From IMG/VR virus record IMGVR_UViG_3300025141_016046, positions 1 to 64,000 of that record: DNA of 64,000 nt. The stretch is one strand, 5' to 3'. This document shows positions 47,323 through 56,340 of the stretch, in pieces. The first letter of the stretch is position 1, and every line of letters begins with the position of its first letter. The translations under genes and the position numbers were made by a program. The stretch comes from a virus. The notes under the pieces are model-generated. The model was not told the DNA's origin, did no database searches, and worked only from the letters and a program-made list of their open reading frames with translations.

Positions 47323-48713
47323 TACTTCACCAGAACTTTAGTTGCCAGCGTGCTAAAATGAATTGGGGATTCAAGCTCGGGTGATCCTTCTGGATATCCT
47401 AAAATTCCCTGCGCTACTGTGAGAACAGGTGCTGCAGACACAGAGCCCTCTGTCTCTGATGTAAATGTTGGATTTGTTGTCAATATTGCCTTATCAGCGT
47501 CATCTCCTCCAAGCTTTATGACACCCTCGGGGCCTGGAATAAAGACAATATTTCCATCTGCCTTGAGAACAACAGCTGATCCTGTATCAGCATCACCAAT
47601 TGTAATCTTCATGTCCTCTCTTGCAACCAGTCTAACCTGCGTGCTCTTTAATACTATTGCTGGCTTGCCACCTTCTGACCTGTCCATTCCCTCCACATCT
47701 ATGGCGAACATACTGTCTGCGTCTGTCTTCATAGATACGTAAATTCTTGACAAGTCTAGGGAGAAATCAGGTGATCCTTCTGCGGGATTGTCAACACCAA
47801 GCAGCAATTCTTTTCTAGGGTGTTTTGATATTTCATTGTAGCCTCTTTTATTTGTTACACCCTTTTTTGTATATGCAGCAGAGGTTGAATTAGACTGCCC
47901 CCTTCCTACACAAATATCTATTGCACCCTGGCCAGGATCCTTCATGGAAGTTCCAAATGACTTAAATGGTCTATCTCCTGTCGAGTTATAGTCTGTCCCC
48001 ATGACTATGCTTGTATTGTTTGAACCCTGTAGGACAACATCGCCTACTCGTTTTGAAATTCTAGGAACGGGCTCACCAATAAATTCATTTACACTGAGAT
48101 TTCCTCCAAATGATGTTGCATTTTTTACTATTTTTCCAAACCCATGTGACCCTGCAAGTGTTCTTTTCTTTCTTGAGTGAGGATCACCATTTGGAAATCC
48201 TGGAACAGCTTTTTGATTTTTATCTCCTCCTGCACCTAGAAGGAGTGGTATACCACGATCTTTTGTAAGAGATCTATATTGATGAGACCTGTCAGCATGT
48301 GTATAATTTAAATCATCAACCTGAAAGTCTCCACATTTTCTGCTTATCCAGTAGCCTAGTGTTTTGTCATCTGTCTTCTCATAGATTACCCAAACATGCT
48401 CTCCTGGCTTAATTGGTAGACACAAATGAGGTGAAAAGAACGGATAGAATATCTCTCTCTTATCAGTAACACCCATTCCATCGTTTACTCTAACACCTAT
48501 AATACTATTCATTGGCATTCTTTTAATGAAGTTTGGATTTATTATGTTATCTCTTTTACCCCTACCTGACTTTAACTGTCTTATAAGCGTCTTTCTAACA
48601 CTAACTGGATTTGAAACAAACTCTGTTACAACAGCTGTGTGAAACAATTGTATAGATTGTTTTTGAGAATTATCTGATGTATATCCCAGGGGATCAGATG
48701 GATTAAACGGCAT
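47322..48713 (-). CDS. Baseplate central spike / gp5-VgrG-like protein
   Basis: FYPFFSPHLCLPIKPGEHVWVI (gp5 OB-fold-like); GDVVLQGSNNTSIVMG and short beta-repeat C-terminus; position next to gp25. Confidence 0.6.
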   Translation of the reverse strand: MPFNPSDPLGYTSDNSQKQSIQLFHTAVVTEFVSNPVSVRKTLIRQLKSGRGKRDNIINPNFIKRMPMNSIIGVRVNDGMGVTDKREIFYPFFSPHLCLPIKPGEHVWVIYEKTDDKTLGYWISRKCGDFQVDDLNYTHADRSHQYRSLTKDRGIPLLLGAGGDKNQKAVPGFPNGDPHSRKKRTLAGSHGFGKIVKNATSFGGNLSVNEFIGEPVPRISKRVGDVVLQGSNNTSIVMGTDYNSTGDRPFKSFGTSMKDPGQGAIDICVGRGQSNSTSAAYTKKGVTNKRGYNEISKHPRKELLLGVDNPAEGSPDFSLDLSRIYVSMKTDADSMFAIDVEGMDRSEGGKPAIVLKSTQVRLVAREDMKITIGDADTGSAVVLKADGNIVFIPGPEGVIKLGGDDADKAILTTNPTFTSETEGSVSAAPVLTVAQGILGYPEGSPELESPIHFSTLATKVLVK

Positions 48714-48716
48714 TTT

Positions 48717-49082
48717 TTAGCTTCCTATCTGATTGAATATATCTTCTGGGTTTATTACTTCATCATTTTCTTCTGCTTTTCCTACAAGCTCTGCTAACCT
48801 AAGTATCTGATCATTTGATTTTGACATTCTCTCAAGGTATTTAGACATTATAGGCCCAAATGTTGCATGATTTGCAGAATTTCCTTGTGATTGCTTCATT
48901 AAATCCATAAAAAGAATAGATGCATTCTCTCTATCATTTAAGGCATTTTCATAAATTTCTTTCCATAAAAGCTTTTTCTTATCTTTTGTGCTTTCAATTG
49001 CGTCTAAGATATCACCAAAGTCTTCTATTTTTTTATTTTTTTTATTAATTCTCTTTTGGAGATCTGATATTTTATTTGACAT
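48717..49082 (-). CDS. Small helical hypothetical protein (start MSNKISDL)
   Basis: AGGGGG RBS before the ATG at 49082; LWKEIYENALNDRE...KYLERMSKSNDQILRLAEL. Confidence 0.7.
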   Translation of the reverse strand: MSNKISDLQKRINKKNKKIEDFGDILDAIESTKDKKKLLWKEIYENALNDRENASILFMDLMKQSQGNSANHATFGPIMSKYLERMSKSNDQILRLAELVGKAEENDEVINPEDIFNQIGS

Positions 49083-49095
49083 TTTTTTAGCCCCC

Positions 49096-49836
49096 TTAAA
49101 AGAATATATCAAACTCACCCTGTTTCACGAGAGATTTATAGTGCTTTCTAATAGAAGACATGGCTATTGATAGCTGCTTGGGATTAAGATTTGATATGTC
49201 ACGTAGGTATACAAAGATTGCTCGCTTATTTAGTAGATCAATATCATCAATCTTTTCAAAAAGAGTAATGATTGCATCTATGCAAGCTAGCTCATTCTCA
49301 CCTGAGAGTTTTTGCTTTATCTCTGTCATAAGAGAGAATAGATTTTCCATAGACTCTCTTTTTATCATGTCAGTATCTTGAGGTGGAATTACCTTATAGC
49401 CTTCAATTGCACCCATATCTCTTCTACTAATTGAAAGTGGATCATCAAGACTTACCTGTCTTCTTATTTGCTTTACTCTCTGCTTGCTTTTAATTATAAG
49501 CCAATTTTTTGCAACAACGTTAAAATATGAAAAAGCCTTGGTTCCCCTTGTGTGGTCAAACTTATTTAATGTCTCATATAGAAATACGACACAGTCAGAC
49601 TTAAGATCCTCATAAGAAGAGTGTGAAGACTTAAACCCGTGAATGAAGATTAAATTTTCGACTAGCTTGTCGAATGCTGGAAATATCTTGGAGACATATA
49701 TCTTTTCTCTATCTTTTGGGCACTCCATTCCTTGAAACTTAATGATGGAATTGTGCGTCTCTTCATTGAAATAGAGAATTCTCTTTCCTTTTCCCCTCTT
49801 TCTTCTTATCTTAACGAATTTCTTTTTTCCCTTCAC
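49096..49836 (-). CDS. Phage sigma factor, probable late sigma (gp55-like)
   Basis: Sigma region 2-like segment EDLKSDCVVFLYETLNKFDHTRGTKAFSYFNVVAKNWLI; GTG start with GGAGG RBS. Confidence 0.75.
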   Translation of the reverse strand: MKGKKKFVKIRRKRGKGKRILYFNEETHNSIIKFQGMECPKDREKIYVSKIFPAFDKLVENLIFIHGFKSSHSSYEDLKSDCVVFLYETLNKFDHTRGTKAFSYFNVVAKNWLIIKSKQRVKQIRRQVSLDDPLSISRRDMGAIEGYKVIPPQDTDMIKRESMENLFSLMTEIKQKLSGENELACIDAIITLFEKIDDIDLLNKRAIFVYLRDISNLNPKQLSIAMSSIRKHYKSLVKQGEFDIFF

Positions 49837-49857
49837 TACTTAAGACCCTCCTCAAAT

Positions 49858-50151
49858 CTACTCTGATACAGCATTTTCATCAATTGATCCGAGAATATTG
49901 GCAACATGAAGAACAGACTCTCTAGTTTCCTTTATATCTCTAATAACTTGCCTAATCTCAAGACTGTCAAAAAAAACAGGTGTTTCAAGAATGCTTGTCA
50001 TTGAAGAGTATTTTTGATCTAGAACATCTAGAGACTCTTCAATACCATCTTGCAATCTTAGTATCAGTGTGCCAAATTTATAATTATAATAAACTGACAG
50101 ACATAATAACAAAGAAAGTGTAGTGGTAGAAGCAATCCAGGCCCAGGTCAA
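49858..50151 (-). CDS. Small membrane-anchored protein
   Basis: N-terminal hydrophobic helix WAWIASTTTLSLLLCLSVYY followed by an amphipathic helix. Confidence 0.65.
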   Translation of the reverse strand: MTWAWIASTTTLSLLLCLSVYYNYKFGTLILRLQDGIEESLDVLDQKYSSMTSILETPVFFDSLEIRQVIRDIKETRESVLHVANILGSIDENAVSE

Positions 50152-51314
50152 GATCTTCTCCAGTAGACTTCATCAATTAAAGCGTCATACTTCACACTGA
50201 TTGCTCTTTGAGAAAATGTTTCTTTTAACTTACTAGAAAGGTCGGAAGCCCACTGCTCAGGCTTTTTATAATTATTTCTAAATTTTGTAACTTTCTTTTT
50301 AAAGTCATCCTCAACTGGATCAGCCCATCTAAATCCCTTAAGAAAGATTCTTCCATCAACTCTGCTCTCTGGAATTGTAACTAGGTCATAATTGACAGGT
50401 ATAAATTTCCCTAGATTAAGAAAGTCTAAGTGTCCTGACCAATTTGTTGCAATGACTGGTATTTTTGCAGCAGACGCCTCTAAGAGTGGGAGTCCGAAGC
50501 CTTCGCCTCTAGTAAGACTTACAAGGCATTTTAGTGAATCTACTGCGTAAAGAGATGCAACTTCATCGCCAGTCATATTTCCATGAAGAAGGTGAACTCT
50601 GGGATACGGTCCTTTTCTGGCTTCTGCTATTACCTGGTTTATCTTTTGAAGTGTGATCTGTCTATCTATTCTTGTACCTCTCCCATGATTTGTCTTTATT
50701 ATAATTCCTACATCTGGATCATCACTAAATGATTCAAATAGCCACTTTAGTGTGAAAAGAAGATTTTTTCTATCATTGTACGGATCTCCTCCGGTAAATT
50801 GACCAAACACTAAAAAATTAAAATCAGTGTCTAGCTCAATGTCAAGAGGCATTGGATTTTCATCTATTTGCTCAATGTATGACTCAGGAACAACATGGAC
50901 AGGTGTGGTAGGTGTTCCTGTTCTCATTATAGTATCTCTAATGTGCTCAGTTGGAACTATAACAGCATCCATGTCATTAATTCTAGATATCCATTCTGGA
51001 TTGCACGTATCTGTTTCTACAAATGCACTTACGCCTATATTAAATTCTGCAAGATTTGGATCCCACTCATCTGGTAGTTGAACTTGAAAAGATATGTCAG
51101 GTTTTCCCGGAGACGGAGAGGATTTATTCATTATATCACCGATCAACCCTCCTTCCATTTCTGAATTGATCATCCATGAAGTATTTCCCCACTGGACAAC
51201 CTGTGCAAATAAATTAAAATCTTTTCTAGTCAAGAGCCACTTGAATATCTGCCTAGAGTGGGTTCCATACCCACTATAAGAAAGCAGCGGTGCTCTAATA
51301 ATAACATTCTTCAT
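50148..51314 (-). CDS. Glycosyltransferase, GT-B/GT4-like
   Basis: SGYG N-terminal loop; RKNL; EGFGLPLLEA (E-x7-E); PVIATNWSGHLDF. Confidence 0.9.
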   Translation of the reverse strand: MKNVIIRAPLLSYSGYGTHSRQIFKWLLTRKDFNLFAQVVQWGNTSWMINSEMEGGLIGDIMNKSSPSPGKPDISFQVQLPDEWDPNLAEFNIGVSAFVETDTCNPEWISRINDMDAVIVPTEHIRDTIMRTGTPTTPVHVVPESYIEQIDENPMPLDIELDTDFNFLVFGQFTGGDPYNDRKNLLFTLKWLFESFSDDPDVGIIIKTNHGRGTRIDRQITLQKINQVIAEARKGPYPRVHLLHGNMTGDEVASLYAVDSLKCLVSLTRGEGFGLPLLEASAAKIPVIATNWSGHLDFLNLGKFIPVNYDLVTIPESRVDGRIFLKGFRWADPVEDDFKKKVTKFRNNYKKPEQWASDLSSKLKETFSQRAISVKYDALIDEVYWRRS

Positions 51315-51324
51315 TCAAAAATTC

Positions 51325-52572
51325 CTATAGGCTAAAAAATTCCCAAGCTTTATAATCATCTTTCCAATTTTCAGAAAGCTCTTCAAGTGTAGTGTGCCAG
51401 CCGTCTACTGTACTTTGTAGAGAAAAGCAATCCTTTGCGTAATCTATACACTTCTTTCTAAGAGATAGCTTTTCATCTCTAGAGAGCTGAGAGATTTTAA
51501 GCAAACCTTCCGCTACTGTATCGCAAGAAACATAGTCTTCATAAATGTATGGAACTTGCTGAGATCCTACTAGTGATCTGAATTCTACTGGAAGTGCGAC
51601 TCCATTTTCCGAACCATCTCTATGATCAACAACCTGTCTTGTTAAACCACCTGTCTTTACAGCGACAATAGGACAGCCTGTCATCATTCCTTCAAGTGTT
51701 GAGAGGCCAAATCCCTCTGCATAGCTAATATTGATACATGTGTCAGATATATTATAAAGCACATTTATTTTATCAAAGTCTAATCTCTCTGTAGAAAAAT
51801 AGACATTATTTATTATTCCATGATGCTGACAGTTTTTAATTAGATTGGGACCTTCCTGATCATATGGGTCTGTATGCATAAGAAGCGTTGCATTTCTATG
51901 CCCCTCTGTCGCTTCAAGCTTATCTAAAAAAACCTTCCAGGACTCTATGACATCAGAAGGTCTCTTTCTCTTGGCATTTCTATTAATCCATATTGCTACA
52001 AAGTGATCAATCCTTTCATCACCGAGAATTTGACGCTTATAGCTTAGCCTCTCTGTTGATGACATTGGAAAAAATACATTATCAGGAACAGCATGTGGAA
52101 TAAAGTTAACTCTTCCGGGAACATTATCATTTATTAGTTCATATGTCATATGAGAGTGACAATTAATTAAGTCTGTAGATTCATATAGTACTTGATTAAA
52201 CTCAGGATAGGGTTCATTATCCCAAACATGCCACCATGCGATTGGACATATTTGATGAATTTCGTCTTCCATTTCAAAAAGCCAGATAAAAAATCTAGGA
52301 TCAGTAAAGATCAAAAGAATATCTGGTTTTTCAGTAGCAAGCGCAAGTCTTAGGAGATTTCTATCTCCAAATCCATCAATTGGTTTAATAATAAAGTCTT
52401 CATTTACAACAACTGTCTCATAATCAGTGTGCTTTAGTGCAGCTCCAAACTGTCTAAAAGTCCAGTGATTCTTTTCTAACAATCCATTAACAAGGTGTCT
52501 AGTCTGTGTGCCGACACCAGAAGTTGAAAGTGCATGATCTGATAAGATCACCACCTTTTTCTTTTCTGCCAT
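51325..52572 (-). CDS. Glycosyltransferase, GT-B/GT4-like
   Basis: TSGVG; NRNAKRK; EGFGLSTLEGMMTGCPIV...TGGL. Confidence 0.9.
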   Translation of the reverse strand: MAEKKKVVILSDHALSTSGVGTQTRHLVNGLLEKNHWTFRQFGAALKHTDYETVVVNEDFIIKPIDGFGDRNLLRLALATEKPDILLIFTDPRFFIWLFEMEDEIHQICPIAWWHVWDNEPYPEFNQVLYESTDLINCHSHMTYELINDNVPGRVNFIPHAVPDNVFFPMSSTERLSYKRQILGDERIDHFVAIWINRNAKRKRPSDVIESWKVFLDKLEATEGHRNATLLMHTDPYDQEGPNLIKNCQHHGIINNVYFSTERLDFDKINVLYNISDTCINISYAEGFGLSTLEGMMTGCPIVAVKTGGLTRQVVDHRDGSENGVALPVEFRSLVGSQQVPYIYEDYVSCDTVAEGLLKISQLSRDEKLSLRKKCIDYAKDCFSLQSTVDGWHTTLEELSENWKDDYKAWEFFSL

Positions 52573-52580
52573 TGATCTAC

Positions 52581-52622
52581 TATCCTCAGTGAAATATTAA
52601 CACTGAGATATTATAAAGTAAA
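52581..52622 (-). promoter_or_regulatory. Promoter TTTACT-N17-TAATAT with the -10 in the loop of an inverted repeat that covers the RBS
   Basis: CTCAGTG (52585-52591) / CACTGAG (52601-52607) inverted repeat, extendable with one bulge to 52581-52610; -10 at 52594-52599; -35 at 52617-52622; GAGGA RBS at 52583-52587. Confidence 0.6.
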
Positions 52623-53456
52623 TCACGTACAATGTTCTGTATTTTTAAATTGACAGTAAGTGCAGGAATCTCTATTTTTTAAAAACATTCCTCTGTATAC
52701 AGAGGCTATCATGCTATTCATCATCTTGATACCCTTCTCTAGAGTCTTAGGTCCTACAGATACTGTTACAAGCTCACAGATGCGTCCTGGCTTACCCCCA
52801 CGCTTTAATAGGATAAATCCACATCTTACGTCCTTAAGTGGCACAGAATGCTTTCTAGCCCAAAAGTGCTTATATAGAATAAGTTGCGCTGTCATTAGTA
52901 GACTTTGCTTTTTTTCTCTTCTCCAGCCATAGGATTGAGCTGTTTTCCAGTCTAAAATCCAGTAGTTATATCCCTCGTCCTTTTTCTTTGGAACCTTAAT
53001 TACTGCATCAATAAATCCTTTAAACTTTACAGTCTTTCCCTCAATCTCTTCATAGAGATATTCCTCAGCTTTTACAGGCTCCCAGTTAGGAAATGTGTCA
53101 TCTAGAAAGCTAGGAACTTCATCCCACATATTTTCTGCCCACTGGCACCATGTCTCTACAGGCGCGTACTTATACCAACCAGGCTGTTTTTCAACCCACT
53201 CAGGATTATCAAATCCGTTCTTTTCCCATGCAGATGTTATGTCATTAAAAAGCTTTTTCTTATCAACCTTTCTAGTCTCAAGAAGCGTTTCACAGCCTTC
53301 ATGAACTGCTGTTCCAAAATCAAGATAGGGTGAAGGTTCAAAAGTGTCGATCTTGTCGATGTACATAAGCTTGTGTCGCCAGGAGCACTCCTTCCATATT
53401 TTCACTTCAGAAAATGAAATATGTGGCTTTCCTGTTGGAAAATTATTTTCAGTCAT
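52623..53456 (-). CDS. PD-(D/E)xK nuclease, RecB/AddB/Cas4-like
   Basis: ISFS...C; FGTAVHE; GFIDAV; ILDWKT; QLILY; C-terminal CTYCQFKNTEHC (split Fe-S-type Cys set). Confidence 0.88.
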   Translation of the reverse strand: MTENNFPTGKPHISFSEVKIWKECSWRHKLMYIDKIDTFEPSPYLDFGTAVHEGCETLLETRKVDKKKLFNDITSAWEKNGFDNPEWVEKQPGWYKYAPVETWCQWAENMWDEVPSFLDDTFPNWEPVKAEEYLYEEIEGKTVKFKGFIDAVIKVPKKKDEGYNYWILDWKTAQSYGWRREKKQSLLMTAQLILYKHFWARKHSVPLKDVRCGFILLKRGGKPGRICELVTVSVGPKTLEKGIKMMNSMIASVYRGMFLKNRDSCTYCQFKNTEHCT

Positions 53457-53462
53457 AATTCA

Positions 53463-53490
53463 ATTATAATTAAAAATATAGAAAAGTACA
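53463..53490 (-). promoter_or_regulatory. Sigma70-like promoter TGTACT-N16-TATAAT, 6 nt before the nuclease ATG (leaderless); palindromic -10 in a divergent gap
   Basis: The AATTATAATT palindrome at 53462-53471 gives TATAAT on both strands. Confidence 0.55.
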
Positions 53491-53500
53491 TGGAGTTCTA

Positions 53501-54328
53501 ATGATTAGTGATGAAGAATACCAGGAAAGAATTCAAGATCTAAATAATAAAGAGTTTAAAAACCTATATTTTATTCATATTCCTAAGGCAGCTGGGTCAT
53601 ATATAAAACAATTTCCAATCAAGTGGGGGCAAAGTCACGAGCAATTTCACAGCTTTTCTCCAGTAGTCGGACCCTGGGGGACTACTGTTCCAGAGGAGCT
53701 TTTACTACCAAAGTCAGATCCCCAATTACTTCTTGAAAAAGGAGAAATAATATCTGGATACAAGAAGATAGAGCCGACCCAAATATCAAAAAAATTCTTA
53801 AAATTTGCAACTATTAGAAATCCGTTTGACTATCTAGTAAGTTGTTATTTTTCTAAAATGGTTGGAGTAGAATATGTCAATCTAGATGGGTGGCCGTTAA
53901 AGAAAGTTAGCACAGGGGACATAGAGGAATTCTTAATAAGCTTTTCAAAGAGTGAGAGAATGTACCTTCAATCTAGAAAAAATCTATTTCACCAAATATT
54001 CGACAATGAAGGAAGGTGTTGTGTAGATGTTCTAATTAGAGTAGAAAGAATAGATGAGGGACTCAGCCTTCTCAATAAAGAGGTATTTAGCAATAAGCTC
54101 AATATATCAAAAAAAGATCACAAAAATATTACGGGTGAAAGAGAGATAAATGGTAAAAGACAAGGATATGAGAAATTCTATACAAGTAAAACTAAAAAAG
54201 AAATCAAGAAAAAAATTAAAAGAGAGCTTAGCATGTTCGAATACAGTTTCAAGGGTCCTACAAATAAAAGACCCCTTGTATTCTTAGATAGAAATAAAAA
54301 ATACGATATTTTTAAGGATTTTAAATGA
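53501..54328 (+). CDS. Sulfotransferase family 2 protein (copy 1)
   Basis: 5'-PSB motif FIHIPKAAGS; 3'-PB motif TIRNPFDYLVSCY; C-terminal EL..FEYSF; GGAG RBS. Confidence 0.85.
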   Translation: MISDEEYQERIQDLNNKEFKNLYFIHIPKAAGSYIKQFPIKWGQSHEQFHSFSPVVGPWGTTVPEELLLPKSDPQLLLEKGEIISGYKKIEPTQISKKFLKFATIRNPFDYLVSCYFSKMVGVEYVNLDGWPLKKVSTGDIEEFLISFSKSERMYLQSRKNLFHQIFDNEGRCCVDVLIRVERIDEGLSLLNKEVFSNKLNISKKDHKNITGEREINGKRQGYEKFYTSKTKKEIKKKIKRELSMFEYSFKGPTNKRPLVFLDRNKKYDIFKDFK

Positions 54329-55152
54329 TTAGTGATGAAGAATACAAGAAAAGAATTCAAGATCTAAAAGATAAGAAATTTAAAAAGCTTTATTTTATTC
54401 ATGTTCCAAAGGCAGCCGGATCTTACGTAAGAGAGTTTCCGATTCCAACTTCTGTTCACGGAAACCATGAGCAGTTTCACAACAATTCTTCATATAGCAT
54501 CGGAAGGATAGTTGATGGAGCAATGCATTCAACAAGGCAGTTACTTGAAAGAGGTGACATAGTTACTGGATATTCAATGATAACTAAGGCCAAAAATAGC
54601 AATATAAGCCAAGATTCATTAAAGTTTGCAACTGTTAGAAATCCGTTTGACTACCTAATAAGTTGCTATTTTTCAGGAATGGTTGGTGCACCCGGTCAGA
54701 CTATTAGATGCAATAATGATCATGGCAGCTATAAGACATACTGCGAGCACTGCAATGGTTTTGGATATGAAAGGTTCTTATCTGAATTCAGCAGAGGACG
54801 GATGTTATACGAACCTTGTAGAAAAAATCTATTTCATCAAGTATTTGACAATGAGGGACGCTGTGGTGTTGACCTGCTTATTAGATCAGAGTATGTTGCT
54901 GAGGGATTGCAGCAGCTAGGTAAGATAATATCTCTTAAAGATGAAGCTAAAAATATTCCAAAAGATCATGCAAATTCTTCTTCTAAAAGAATGAAAAGAG
55001 ACTATAGAGAGTTCTACTCTCCCAAGATAAAAGATATGGTAGAGAGAAAGGTTAGAAACGAGCTTGATATGTTTGGTTACACTTTTGACGGACCAGTTGA
55101 CAAAAGACCCTTTGTATTTCTAGATAGGGATAAAAGATATGATATCTTCTAA
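54325..55152 (+). CDS. Sulfotransferase family 2 protein (copy 2)
   Basis: FIHVPKAAGS; TVRNPFDYLISCY; YREFY...ELDMFGYTF; ATGA overlap with copy 1. Confidence 0.85.
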   Translation: MISDEEYKKRIQDLKDKKFKKLYFIHVPKAAGSYVREFPIPTSVHGNHEQFHNNSSYSIGRIVDGAMHSTRQLLERGDIVTGYSMITKAKNSNISQDSLKFATVRNPFDYLISCYFSGMVGAPGQTIRCNNDHGSYKTYCEHCNGFGYERFLSEFSRGRMLYEPCRKNLFHQVFDNEGRCGVDLLIRSEYVAEGLQQLGKIISLKDEAKNIPKDHANSSSKRMKRDYREFYSPKIKDMVERKVRNELDMFGYTFDGPVDKRPFVFLDRDKRYDIF

Positions 55153-56009
55153 TCTTCGCTAACTGCTCGACCTGCCATCTTCTCCCAGTCTCGTTCATTC
55201 TCATTCCTAACCTCTAGATTCTTTTCCCACACACATCGAAGAATTCTTGGATCAACGCTATTATTTTTTGCTACCTTGATAAGTGCATTTAAATCCTTTG
55301 GAAAGCAATGCCCGCCAAATCCCATGCTTCCGTCAGGACCTGGGACTGACCAGTGTGACTTTCCAAGCCTCTCGTCATAAAGTGCATACTCAACAACCTT
55401 ATCATAATCTATGCTGAGTGGTTCGCAGATCTGATTCATCTCATTAGAAAAAATAACCTTAGTGGCAAGGAAGCAATTAGTAAAATATTTGACCATTTCC
55501 GCTGTATTGGATCCTGTCTTAACGATAGGGGTTTGCTTAAATGCCTTTCTAAAGACATTCTTCACGACCGAGGTTCCCGGTCTCGGACCTCCAACTATTA
55601 TTCTAGTCTGATTCTTAAAATCTTCTACTGCATTGGCTTCAGTTAAAAATTCAGGATTAAATACGACTTGTATGTTTGAAACTTTTTTATTTAAATATTC
55701 AGTTGTTCCCGGGGGAATTGTTGACTTAATGACTGCTACCTTGTTGTCTATTTCTTTACAAAGACTGTCAATCTCTAAAATAGTTTCTTCAACAATTCTT
55801 AGATCACAAGAACCGTCCTGTCTCATGGGTGTTGGAAGGCAGACAAATATAACGTCTACTTTTTCAACAAGAGGCGCTAACGAACTACAAGTAGATTTTT
55901 CGGATACAAACTTATCATATGTCTCAATGTTGAATGCATGCTTCATTCCCTCATTTAGAGCTCCTCCAACAAATCCCTGTCCAACTATTCCAATTGTATT
56001 TATCATCAA
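55149..56009 (-). CDS. UDP-glucose/GDP-mannose dehydrogenase family protein (short form)
   Basis: Rossmann GIVGQGFVG; CLPTP; KSTIPPGTT; FNPEFLTE; AEMVKYFTN; catalytic GFGGHCFPKD. Confidence 0.92.
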   Translation of the reverse strand: MMINTIGIVGQGFVGGALNEGMKHAFNIETYDKFVSEKSTCSSLAPLVEKVDVIFVCLPTPMRQDGSCDLRIVEETILEIDSLCKEIDNKVAVIKSTIPPGTTEYLNKKVSNIQVVFNPEFLTEANAVEDFKNQTRIIVGGPRPGTSVVKNVFRKAFKQTPIVKTGSNTAEMVKYFTNCFLATKVIFSNEMNQICEPLSIDYDKVVEYALYDERLGKSHWSVPGPDGSMGFGGHCFPKDLNALIKVAKNNSVDPRILRCVWEKNLEVRNENERDWEKMAGRAVSED

Positions 56010-56010
56010 C

Positions 56011-56340
56011 CTATCCTTTGTATGCCCTTATAGCACATATCTTGCCATCGCTATTAAACTCAATGACGTCAACAACCCGCAATGCATCATCATTATTAAT
56101 GTAGATCTCTATCTCAGATACAGTTAAATTTCCAGTTTCTGCAATATTGATTGGAACAATATTGATAGTGTCAAACATCTTAAACATTTTTTTATTTTCG
56201 TGAAGAACGTACGCAACGGGTCCAACATTAAGATCCCAATCTCTAAGCGTGATATCTTTAGAAAATAACTCCTTTAAACCGTCTGCATCCTTATTTGAAA
56301 AAGTATCAAAATACTTTAGTGTTAGCTCTTTTAAGTTCAT
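56011..56340 (-). CDS. SnoaL-like / NTF2-fold protein
   Basis: YFDTFSNKDADGLKELFSKDITLRDW...VVDVIEFNSDGKICAIRAYKG. Confidence 0.8.
   Translation of the reverse strand: MNLKELTLKYFDTFSNKDADGLKELFSKDITLRDWDLNVGPVAYVLHENKKMFKMFDTINIVPINIAETGNLTVSEIEIYINNDDALRVVDVIEFNSDGKICAIRAYKG

Larger units (their letters stand above)
53501..55152 (+). repeat. Tandem gene duplication (two 828-nt ORFs, 824-nt period)
   Basis: Near-identical 5' ends (ATGATTAGTGATGAAGAATAC...AAAGAATTCAAGATCTAAA) and shared internal blocks such as TTAGAAATCCGTTTGACTA. Confidence 0.9.

Noticed and set aside
43688-48713. Bacterial contractile injection system (eCIS/T6SS) or tailocin
   Set aside because: Capsid, portal, terminase, primase and a phage sigma factor are on the same contiguous sequence, indicating a true phage.
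52623-53456. Cas4-like nuclease as evidence for a CRISPR-Cas system
   Set aside because: No repeat-spacer array or other cas gene is visible; stand-alone PD-(D/E)xK nucleases are common in phages.
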